A stretch of DNA of 64,000 nucleotides from Squalus acanthias (Eukaryota), in the NCBI GenBank assembly GCA_030390025.1, contig JASTWF010000035.1, forward strand, positions 620,001 to 684,000. The letters run 5' to 3'. The notes below the pieces were generated by a model, which was not told where the DNA came from, did not search any database, and saw nothing but the letters and a program-made list of their open reading frames with translations. The stretch's first letter is position 1; each line of letters begins with the position of its first letter. The position numbers and the translations under genes are program-made. Shown here one piece after another: positions 1 through 10,600 of this stretch.

Positions 1-2470
1 ATGCTACCCTGGTGTTCCTGGTATTCCCGTCCCCGCCTCGGACCGCTGCTATGGGTCCGGTCCTATAGGGGTTCCAGAAAGTGCCGTCGCGGGCACCCTC
101 CCTGGCTAGAGCATCCGCCTGCCGGTTGCCCTCCCCACGGGGCTCTGTGGAGGAGTGAGCTTTCACCTTATGGATGAAAATCTCCCCTTCCTCCCCTACT
201 GCTGCTGCTAAGATCTTTTCCAGCAAGGGCTTCACCGTTAAAGGTCGCCCGTCCGCGGAGGTGTATCCGCGGCGGGACCAAATGGCCAGGTATTCCGTAC
301 ACGAATTGCAGGTGAACATACTGTCCGAGCAAATCGTGTATGGGGTTGGGAAAATGTCTGGGTGGGTCACCACGTACACCACGGCAGACAGCTCATCCTG
401 CTGCGCGCTCATGGTGCTAGGGAGCTTGATCGCCAGGGCAAGGTCTGCCGCAGGGTCATAAACTCCACACCCTGTGAGTCGCTCGCCAGCAGACACTGTG
501 CTAGATCCATCAACATAAATCTCGCGCCCAGTGGGATGTATCCCGGCCCGTAAACCTATGTTGACGTCCCACACCCCTTCCACCGAACACCGGTGGGCTG
601 TACCGGGGTATACCAAATTGGCCGCAAGCCTGGGCTCGCAAAGACCTTTTACTCTAAGATCCAACTGGGAGAGAAGAAGGGTCCAACGCGCAATGCGTGC
701 GCTGCTTACGGTCCCGTCTTTAATCCTCCCATCCAGAAGCATCTTAGTTGGTGTGTGATGTGTGAGGAGAGTGATGGGAGAGAGCCCTGTGAAGATCGCT
801 GATCTTTTCACAGCCCAATGCGTGGCTAAAAGGTGCCTTTCGCAATTGGAGAAACTTCTCTCCACATCCGTTAATACCCTGGATGAATAGACAACCGGCC
901 TCAGCTTGCCGTGACGCTCTTGGAGCAGCACGGCGCTTAAGCTGTCTCCGCTGGCAGCTACCTCCAGGAAAAACTCCTTCCCCCCATCTATGGCCCCTAA
1001 GGCTGGCGCGGTCTGCAGATCCCTTTTTAACTTCTCGAAGGCTGCTTGGCAGCCCTCGTCCCAAAGCCACTCCACCCCCTTATGGAGGAGTCGGAGGAGC
1101 GGCGCCGCTGTGGCCGCATAATCTTCGATAAAATCCCTGCAGTAACCGGTCAGTCCCAAGAAGGACCTCACACCCCTTACGTTGTTGGGAATCGGTAATT
1201 CTTGCACCGACTCCCTCCTTGCTTTGTCTATGGCTCTTTCCCCAGCGCGTAGGGTCAGTCCCAGGAATTTTACTTCCTGCTGACCGATACGTGCTTTCTT
1301 AGGGTTTACTTTAAAACCCTTTCTCGCTAACAGCTCCAATAACTCGTCCAGTAGTGGTCCGTGCTCCTCCCTTGAGTCCGTAAATAGGAGCAAATCATCC
1401 ACATACTGTACTATCTGATTGGGCTGACTAAACTCCTTTAAACTTCCTGCCATACACTGGTGAAAAATACTGGGGCTATTGTGGAAACCCTGTGGCAAAC
1501 AGTTCCACGTGTACTGTTGCCCTTTGAACGTAAAGGCAAACTTGTACTGGTCCTCTCGCCGCAGCGGGATGGACCAAAAACCGTTCGAGATATCCAGCAC
1601 CGTGAACGTGGTCGCGGACGCTGGGATGCTCCCTATTAGGTCAGCAACTGCTGCTACTGTGGGCGCGCAGGCGGGAATGTTACTGTTAAGGACTCTGTAG
1701 TCCACCGTGGCTCTCCACGAATTATCCGGCTTCCTGACCGGCCATAATGGGGAGTTCACGTGTGTGGCTATCGGCCTCAACACGCCCTGCTGCACCAAGG
1801 AAGACATTGCTGTCTCCATATCGGGTTCTGCTTCTTTGGGGAAGTTATACTGCTTTTGGGGTCGGGTCATGGGGTCCCCATCTACGCTGACCTCAAACCC
1901 GACCACCCTCCCACAATCGTGCTTGTGGGTTGCAAACGCGTGCATATTATCTGACACGTACGTTTGCATGTCCGTTGGGACATCTGCGACCATAAGCCTG
2001 AGGTCGTAGCCTCCGGATGGCTGTACGGTACACAGGACCCCTGTTTCTTCCTCCCCCGGAATCACCATTACCTCGCCTTTTTCACCTTTAGCCCCCCAGA
2101 GACAGTGATTTCTGAGGTCCACGAGGATCCCGTGTCCCGCTAGGAGATCGGACCCGAGAATACCTCTTCCACCCCCCTTTTGCCATGCCATCAGTATACA
2201 CTTCCACTTAAGGCGAAGTGTTCCTAAACGAATGGATAGCGGGAGGGAAAACGTGCCAGCCTGTTCTTTCCCTGTGAACCCTGCCAGCGTGAATGGGACC
2301 TTGGTAGATAGCGGCGAGTCAAAAGGGTTATCCGTATGGATTATGGTGCAAGAAGCTCCCGTGTCCAACAAATAACTGCCCTTCTGTTTCTCTACCTCCA
2401 TCTCCACCACAGGTCGCCTCCACGCATCATAGCTGAGCGGACACAGGTAGACGGGCTGTGCTGGTTCTAG
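1..2470 (-). CDS. pol: Pol, partial (protease, RT, tether, RNase H), copy A; in frame with gag after TGA
   Basis: Near-identical to the pol ORF of copy B (LLDTGAS, YVDD, YVDGS motifs). Truncated by the window edge, so absent from the ORF track. Confidence 0.9.
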
Positions 2471-4282
2471 TCATGGGGCACTATTAGACGGTCCTGCGGC
2501 ACCTACGGGGCCGGTTGCGACCGCCACCTGTCCACGCGCATTCAAAACCAGCTTGCGCATGGCTCCTAACACTGCTTCGAGGTCGTCGGGAGGGGTGGGT
2601 GCCTTGGCTTCCTTAGGCGGGACAGGCGCCTGGGCTCGGACCGCGGGATTTTTATCCTTGGAATCCTTCCAAGGGTTCCTGCAGTGCTTGCGCCAGTGCC
2701 CTGTCTTCCCACACCCGTAACAGGCATTACTTGCCTGTGGGGCGCGATTACCCTCCTGATGCCACTCTCTTTGAGCCGGGGCTGCGGGTCGTACCTCATG
2801 TACTCTTCCCTTAAAGGGACGTGTCGTCATACCCCTTATGTTACGATAACCTAACGTGAGTCGATTCAAGACCGACTCTTCCGTAAGGTTGAGGTCATTG
2901 GGATCGAACCAGGCTTTTGCCTGCTCTCTAACGGCTGGTAAACTGTTGGCTATTATGCACCTAAGCCAATGAATTAAAGCGGCGCCTTCCACATCTTCGC
3001 GCTCGGGCGCACCTAGACAGCTGCGCTCATATACTGGCCACAGCCTGTCGGCAAAAACCTTCGGGGGTTCTCCCTCCATCTGCACTGTCTGTCCCACTCT
3101 AGCAAACGGACCTCCGTCGTTCGCCCCCACTACTTCTAGGACCTCATTTTTTAATTCCTCATAACTTTTGTTTCCCCTCTTGCTCTCGCCTGAGAGACAC
3201 TGAAGGACCGAGCTGTCTAATGAGAACAGCAGCATTTTTGCTGTCTCCCCATCATCGCAGCCGTTAATGGCTGCGGCTTGCTCAACTTCCCTGAAATGTA
3301 CGGAAGGGTCGTCTATCTCGGTCAGCTTCCGTACGTGGTTTATCATAGCTCTCAGCTGATGTGAACTGTGAGGCAACACCAGCTGTCCGAGGAGATCCCC
3401 CGGTTCTTCCCCACCGTTTCTGCTTGGGCCCCTTTTAATACCCGTTACTGGATACAACGATCCCTTTTCTACTTCCTTTTCAATGGGCTCTTTTGTTTCT
3501 TCCATTGCTTCCTCCCTAACCCAGGTTTCTGAATAGCTGGGTGGCGCGGAGGGCGCAGTGGCTACTACTTCTTCTGCTTTACTTGGTGGGGATTTTCTAA
3601 ATCTCTCATTTACTAGCGGCTGGTGTGCCAACGGATTGATAAGGCACACCATGCCGTTCGCATTATTCACGGCCTTTTTGAGACTCTCTATCTCCCTTTG
3701 GCAGGCGCTATGGTCGGCTCCCTGAAACTTATCCTCAAGGGCCAACTTATACGCCGACCTAACCCCCATTAAGCTCTCTTCTTGAGTTCTTATCTGGGCA
3801 GCTTGGCGGTTACATCTTTCCTTTAACCTACTCTCGTTCAATTTTGCTTCAGTGACCTGGCACTCGAGATACTCTATCCTTGTTTTAAGGTGACTGGAGA
3901 CTTCCTGGCTTTCCTGGTGTAACTCATTTAAATTCTTAATGAGCACCTCCCCTCCAGAAACCTTCTCCTCCATTTCTCCCTCTAAATGGCTGATTCGAGC
4001 TGTTAGCGCGGTAATGGTCTGGTTTGAAATCTGAACCTGCCTTTTGTAGCACATAAGCCAGACTGCTTTCTCAACTGTCTTTTTATGTTCCTTACTATCT
4101 GTCCACCTTTCGGCTGCCTCTAGTGGACTCTTATCCGCTAACAATTCACTTATCCACTTCTTAGTTAGATTAACCTTTCCAAACACATAATCCGCTATCT
4201 TTTCCTGCATAACATTTCGCACAGTCATTCCAAAATCTAACACACTACCCTCTCGCTGCCAGTGTCCTGCCGCGGTCGCCAT
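2471..4282 (-). CDS. gag: Gag polyprotein, 603 aa, copy A
   Basis: Intact ORF with N-terminal coiled coil, PSAPPSY late-domain motif and CX2CX4HX4C knuckle (CYGCGKTGHWRKHC), between LTR and pol. Confidence 0.93.
   Translation of the reverse strand: MATAAGHWQREGSVLDFGMTVRNVMQEKIADYVFGKVNLTKKWISELLADKSPLEAAERWTDSKEHKKTVEKAVWLMCYKRQVQISNQTITALTARISHLEGEMEEKVSGGEVLIKNLNELHQESQEVSSHLKTRIEYLECQVTEAKLNESRLKERCNRQAAQIRTQEESLMGVRSAYKLALEDKFQGADHSACQREIESLKKAVNNANGMVCLINPLAHQPLVNERFRKSPPSKAEEVVATAPSAPPSYSETWVREEAMEETKEPIEKEVEKGSLYPVTGIKRGPSRNGGEEPGDLLGQLVLPHSSHQLRAMINHVRKLTEIDDPSVHFREVEQAAAINGCDDGETAKMLLFSLDSSVLQCLSGESKRGNKSYEELKNEVLEVVGANDGGPFARVGQTVQMEGEPPKVFADRLWPVYERSCLGAPEREDVEGAALIHWLRCIIANSLPAVREQAKAWFDPNDLNLTEESVLNRLTLGYRNIRGMTTRPFKGRVHEVRPAAPAQREWHQEGNRAPQASNACYGCGKTGHWRKHCRNPWKDSKDKNPAVRAQAPVPPKEAKAPTPPDDLEAVLGAMRKLVLNARGQVAVATGPVGAAGPSNSAP
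4264..4281 (-). promoter_or_regulatory. Primer binding site (tRNA-Ser-like), copy A
   Basis: TGGCGACCGCGGCAGGAC 5 nt inside the LTR end. Identical in copies B, C and D. Confidence 0.65.
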
Positions 4283-4286
4283 TTTC

Positions 4287-5962
4287 TGTAAGGGATTTCC
4301 CCGACCCTGCGTGTCTCGTAGCCTGTGAGATCCACGCGGCTCTGTGCAGCCTGTATGTCAGTGCGGGTCTAGGCCTGGTTGCCTGTTCTGGTCTCCAGCC
4401 AGTCTGGGAACACTAGACACACCTGTGAGTGGTTCGAATCACTCTCCCTTACGGTTCTAGACACTGGACTTAGATGCGAGAGCAGTAATGGAGATAAAAC
4501 TCATGTAGACTTGGTTTGAATGGTACGAAATGGAAAATCTTTATTGCATGATACTTAAAATTATGAAATACATGTCATAAGCACAGATTAATGACAGTAC
4601 AATCTTACAAACAGTTATATAGTCAATCTTAGGGAAACGAGGAACGAACGGCACAACGTAAATAGGGGCACACATTACAAATATCCTTAATCTTTAAACC
4701 CTCCCCTATCAATATCTATCCTAAACTAGCTTCGTAGGATCTCGAGACTCATGCTCACCACTCGTGATAACTCGGAGAAATTCCGAATAGCTGATCGGAT
4801 GTTTTTCACCGCAGCACCCACGTGTCGGTCAGGAGATCTCCTGGTCCCACTTGTTTACTTGCTTCTGCTGCTCCGGCTAGTAGGCTGGACCGTCTGCTGT
4901 GGTGAAGACCTCTGTTGGTGGGTTTCACAGTTTAGTCTTGGAGCACCGTTGTCAATATCATTGATACGATGTGTTTTCCACGTTCCAACCTCCTTAGAAG
5001 TTTAAAGAGGAAAACTTCCTGGCGAGGAAACTTGGCTGATCGACCTACAGGCGCGGTCGGGATTTACTGACCGTGGCGATGGATATGGTCTTCTTCTCTT
5101 CTCCTCTCATCTCATCTCATCTCAGGCCTTTGGTTCCGCTGCCAGTTACCAACATAGGTCTTCGTTACGCGACACGAGGTAGATCCGAACGGATCAGAAA
5201 GTTCAACAGTCTTTTCAGAAGAGGCAACAGGCACGCAGAAGCCCAACTACGAGTACACAGGAGCAGCCACGAGGTTACGAATCGACCGGATAAAACACAG
5301 GAGCAAGCGAGCGAATGCAGGAGCAAGAGAGAGAATGGACGGTTTGGAGCCTGTAATTATAGTGCAAAAATCTTCCGTTTCCCGCCCAACTATAATGTCC
5401 ATTCTTTTGTTTAGGGTTTGGCGCCCAAATGTCTTGTATGGGTGATCTCCGTTCTTGATGGGTTTCGGGGCTACTCATGAATGTTTGAGTACCTGTTAAT
5501 ATTTCTCCCATTGTTAAATCGGTCGGTGTTCTCCCTGGAGGGGTTTGGGGCTTCCAAGTGTCCTGTATAACTACCTGCTAACGGCTCTCTCATCGTAGAG
5601 TCGTTGGGAGTTTACATATTAATGTCTTTTGGATGGGCCCTTGATTACTCGGTACAATGGCTTTCCTTTGTACCTGGGAGACCGATTCCAGTATCTATGT
5701 TTATACTGTAAACCCATAATGTCTCGTGTATTATCTTCACTGTGCTGAATCGTTATCGATCTTGCACAAATGTTTAATGGAACGCCATCTTGTCTGCCTG
5801 TTGAAAAGTCTAGAATGTTCTGTCACGAGGTGCGGCGGCCATTTTACAGGCTGCTTGTGTCCAATTTAAACCTGCCAGCATTCTGCTGAAATAAAAGCTG
5901 TTTGAACGAAACTTTGTGTTTTCTCCTGATTAATCAAATCGCGATATATTGCGAATTCTACA
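4287..5962 (-). repeat. 5' LTR of ERV copy A (~1.68 kb)
   Basis: TGTA...TACA termini. Homologous to four other ~1.6-1.7 kb blocks in the window. Confidence 0.93.
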
Positions 5963-7493
5963 GTAGGTGTTTGTTACTTATCCAGGACGGAACCAAACCT
6001 TGTTTTAAATCCTCCAAATTACTGCGGCCCTCGCCCAGTAACCACGCCCCGTAAAGCACGCACACCTCGTTCTGCGCAGCTTGATCGGATGCATTCCGAT
6101 CTTCCCTGATCAGGGCATTTACCGTACGCGCATGTTTCTCCAGCTCTGCTATAATTTCCTTTAAATGGAGAGTCATGGCTTGGTCCTCGTGTAGACCTGA
6201 CCCTACCACTTTATTCTCATCTGTTAGAATGTCTTTTAACTGTGTTTTTAAACCATTAATCTGGGTCTGCAGCTCCACACTGTCTAGAGCGTTGACCACA
6301 GATGTACCCGTGTTAAAAGCAGTGAACGCATCGTTCACCAAACCCCTTCTTTGCCTCCCTACTTGATCCAAAACTTCCTGCGGTGCGGTGTACAAACTTG
6401 TCTTATCAATTTCTGCAAAATCAAACTCGTAAAATTGTCTGAACATCTTGGTCAACAGGACCTGATACAACTGTTCCGTCTTTTTGGGGCACCACTCTGG
6501 TAACCGTACCTCAGTGAGATTTAAAATCACCGAGGCCACCGCGTAATGTACCCCCTGAAATAGTATCTGGTCTGTGGGGACCAGTACCAAACCGTTCCCG
6601 GGTCCCTTACTAGTTTTAGGGCACCCTTCTTCCTCAGCTAGAACCACCGGAATCGTGGGCGGGGCTTTGCGTGGGCGCGTAATGAGTTCAGTGGCATTTA
6701 CTGGGATCGGGGAGAATGGGGCTCCGCACCCCCTGGTGCTCGCATCCCACCTCATCCCCTGTCCGTTATCCTGCCATTGATTAATAAAAAATATGGAGAT
6801 GCCTTTGGGGCAAACGTACTTTGACCCCCACATACATACATAAATCCCCTCATCCGGTTCCCACCATTTGTCCCAACAGACTTTCACTTGTCCGTCTGTC
6901 CCCGTAATTGTCCGATGGGTATTATTACCCAGTCGTTCCCACTCGACCGAAGAGTTTCTCATAGTTTTGCTCAGCTTTCGCAGCCACCACCATCGGCTCA
7001 ATGGGACATTCCCACTACAGGTCAAACAAATCCGTTTGCCGACGGTGACGCTGATCCTGGGTGCGATGATCCTTACTTTGGGGCACATTAAAGAAGTCTC
7101 TTTGTAGGCGAACCCCGATGTGCTGGAATACTCCGTTGAGTTCGTTCCCAGCCATCCTGGCCACCTTCCCTTGTGGAAATAGGTGGTGGTCCCCTCTGCC
7201 TTCCGTCTTCCGGTCCCATCCACCGCGATGGGGGCCGTGTCCCCGGAACATCCAAACACCACGACATCCTTGGTGTGGCCTCGATAGGCCAATCCACATC
7301 CGATTGCCACGAGCAATACTAGAATTCGTTCCATCCTTCCTTGGTTCCTGTGATCAGATAGAATGAGGTAGCCAGCCTCGCAAGAGTCTCTGGCTTTTGT
7401 GAAGGGTGAGCGGGTCCCCTGACCTCGCCTCACGTAAACTTCAACGTTTGCTGAATAAACTTCCTCTAAACCTAACCTTAAAACTCCCATCAT
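5963..7493 (-). pseudogene. env: env of copy B, truncated at about aa 510 by insertion of copy A
   Basis: Near-identical to env of copy C up to ...WISNKHL, then switches to the LTR terminus. First ATG at 7493 (ORF track extends it to a GTG at 7517). Confidence 0.9.
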
Positions 7494-7536
7494 TTTATCG
7501 TTTTCTGTTAAAAACACTACAAACTTAGCCTTATTA

Positions 7537-7635
7537 AAACTTAAAACTTAACCTTGAACTATAAACTTAAAACTTAACCTTGAACTATAAACTTAAAACT
7601 TAACCTTGAACTATAAACTTAAAACTTAAAACTAA
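7537..7635. repeat. 26-bp tandem repeat (AAACTTAAAACTTAACCTTGAACTAT x3) in the pol-env spacer
   Basis: Three full direct copies plus a partial one. Only about one copy at the homologous site in copy C (~24210-24255). Confidence 0.85.
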
Positions 7636-7672
7636 TTACTATACAGTGCCGCCCGTTCTCAGGGCGGCCCCT

Positions 7673-10600
7673 TTAAATTCTGAGAAGGCTGCTGCGAGCT
7701 CTTCCCGACGGTGGGAGGGCACTGACCCTTCCCTCTGATCTGCCGCAGCCTGTTGCTGCGCTGACCCTTCCCTCTGATCTGCCGCAGCCTGTTACTGCTG
7801 CGATGTGGCCGGTCTGTACCCGGGTTATCTTAACCTGGAGTCTGCGCCTTGGGGCAGTCTGGGGACATGACCACATCCTCCTGGGCTGGGGTTCTCTACT
7901 TGACCTACGGGGAGTTGCTATGGGCGGGGGTTCCGTGACGGATGGACCGGGTTCCGAGACCTCCAACGGGATGACCTGGGGTTCCATCACAGTCGCCGGC
8001 TCCGCCTCCGCTGACTCCGCCTCCCTAACCTCGGGGCTGGCAGTTCGTGGCTCCGCCCTGCTCGGCCCAGCAGGCGGCCCTTCACTCGTGATCTCTGCCT
8101 CCCCTGAGGACTGGACGTTCAAAGCGGGCGGCCACATCTCTGGGAGCCACATCGGTACTCTCTGTGCTCCTATAGCGGCTGGCCCTGCCTCCTCTAGCTC
8201 CTCCCTCCTGTCCTCGGGACCTGCAGCTTGTGTGTCCACCCTGTGTGGATCTCTACCTATAGGCCCCATTCCCCCCAGACCGTTCCTCAGGAACCACCCG
8301 TCATCATCACTATGCTCATCTGCACTATCCTCATCTGACCAGGGTACCCTGGGTTCTTCCTCATCTAACCCCCAACTCCAGAAAAACGCTGCATGATCGT
8401 CCGGGATGTCCCTTCCCCTGATGCAAGCTGCTATGCCTGCCTGTGTGCCTTGTGGTCCTACCTGGGGCTGTGCTTTCCCATTGGCGGGATTTACCCCTGG
8501 AGTTTTCCCCTGCGCACCCGGCTGGTACAGTTTGCATTGGTTTATGTGGAACCACTTAGTGCGCCGAGGTACTTTTACGGCGTAAACCATGGGACTCGCC
8601 TTGTCTACAATGTTGTAGGGTCCCATATACAGTGGTTCCAGACTCCCTACTCTGGCGTAGTTTCTGACCATGACCTGGTCTCCTACTTCCCACTCCCGCG
8701 TTTTGCGGGGTTCCAGCAACAAGCGATTGCCCTGATGCTGCCTTCCCATGTTCCCAGCCGCCTGCTCATAAACTTGCTTCAGGCGCTCCAAGAGAGTCTG
8801 GGCGAACTTGTCCCTGCTTATCTCTTGGAGCTGACCCTCAGTGAGCACCGGGGCTAGCACATGGGTGGGGGTTCGCATGAGCCTCCCAGTCATTACCTCG
8901 TGCGGGGAGTACCCCGTACTTTTTGACTGACTGGCCCGGACCCCCATGAGGACTAAAGGCAGAACTTCCGCCCATTTTTGGGGCGAGTTCCTAGTCTCTT
9001 TCCTCAATTTCTCCTTCAGGGTCCGGTTCATACGTTCAACAATCCCGGATGACTGGGGATTGTGTGCTACGTGCCACTTCCCTTCAATGCCCAAAAGCAT
9101 GAGGGTGTTCTGCATCACCTGGCCGGTGAAATGACTCCCTTGGTCTGACTCCACAAAACGGGGAAGTCCCCACCGCGAGAACACTTCCCGGACCAAGATT
9201 TTTGCTGTACCCAGTGCCGTAGCTGTTCGACAAGGGAAGGCTTCCACCCACTTGGAAAACACATCCACCAGGACGAGGCAGTACTTATAACCTCCCTGGG
9301 TGGTGGGCAGGGGTCCTATATAGTCGATCTGTATCGACTGCCATGGTCCCTCTACCCTTCTTACGTGTCCCATGGGCACCTTCCTTTTCTGGGGGTCTGG
9401 GTTGTTTGCAGCGCACACAAGACAGTTTGCACAGAACTCGCGGACTTGTTCCCTGAGCCCTGGCCACCATCCCGCTTGCTCTACCCGTTGCCAGGTAACC
9501 TCGGGCCCGGGGTGCCCTGCCCCTGGTCCCTCGTGAGCCAACTGGAGGAATTCCCTCCTGTGCTGCTGCGGCACAACCCACTGCTCCTCGCGGAACAGCA
9601 TGCCTTCCTTAACTGAGAGGGTTGCCGTACTGTACGGACCTTCTACCTGCCTCCCCTCAGCAATCGTTTTTAGGACTGCCTTTAGGGCGGGATCCTGGGC
9701 TTGGACGGTCTTAAGGTCCAGGGGCAATGCTACCCTGGTGTTCCCGGTATTCCCGTCCCCGCCTCGGACCGCTGCTATGGGTCCGGTCCTATAGGGGTTC
9801 CAGAAAGTGCCGTCGCGGGCACCCTCCCTGGCTAGCGCATCCGCCTGCCGGTTGCCCTCCCCACGGGGCTCTGTGGAGGAGTGAGCTTTCACCTTATGGA
9901 TGAAAATCTCTCCTTCCTCCCCTACTGCTGCTGCTAAGATCTTTTCCAGCAAGGGCTTCACCGTTAAAGGTCGCCCGTCCGCGGAGGTGTATCCGCGGCG
10001 GGACCAAATGGCCAGGTATTCCGTACACGAATTGCAGGTGAACATACTGTCCGAGCAAATCGTGTATGGGGTTGGGAAAATGTCTGGGTGGGTCACCACG
10101 TACACCACGGCAGACAGCTCAGCCTGCTGCGCGCTCATGGTGCTAGGGAGCTTGATCGCCAGGGCAAGGTCTGCCGCAGGGTCATAAACTCCACACCCTG
10201 TGAGTCGCTCGCCAGCAGACACTGTGCTCGACCCATCAACATAAATCTCGCGCCCAGTGGGATGTATCCCGGCTCGTAAACCTATGTTGACGTCCCACAC
10301 CCCTTCCACCGAACACCGGTGGGCTATACCGGGGTATACCAAATTGGCCGCAAGCCTGGGCTCGCAAAGACCTTTTACTCTAAGATCCAACTGGGAGAGA
10401 AGAAGGGTCCAACGCGCAATGCGTGCGCTGCTTACGGTCCCGTCTTTAATCCTCCCATCCAGAAGCATCTTAGTTGGTGTGTGATGTGTGAGGAGAGTGA
10501 TGGGAGAGAGCCCTGTGAAGATCGCTGATCTTTTCACAGCCCAATGCGTGGCTAAAAGGTGCCTTTCGCAATTGGAGAAACTTCTCTCCACATCCGTTAA

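Larger units (their letters stand above)
1..5962 (-). mobile_element. Endogenous retrovirus copy A (5' LTR-gag-partial pol; runs off left edge), nested in env of copy B
   Basis: LTR 4287-5962, PBS, gag 2471-4282 and pol nearly identical to copy B (offset 9726 bp). The outer LTR end abuts interrupted env sequence at 5963. Confidence 0.93.

Noticed and set aside
174..2009. Short ORFs antisense to or overlapping pol that recur in copies A, B and D
   Set aside because: Shadow frames of pol that recur because the copies are near-identical.
4287..5962. Reading this LTR as the 3' LTR of B shared with a tandem copy
   Set aside because: No PPT, env is cut mid-gene, and it differs from B's 5' LTR by sizeable indels.
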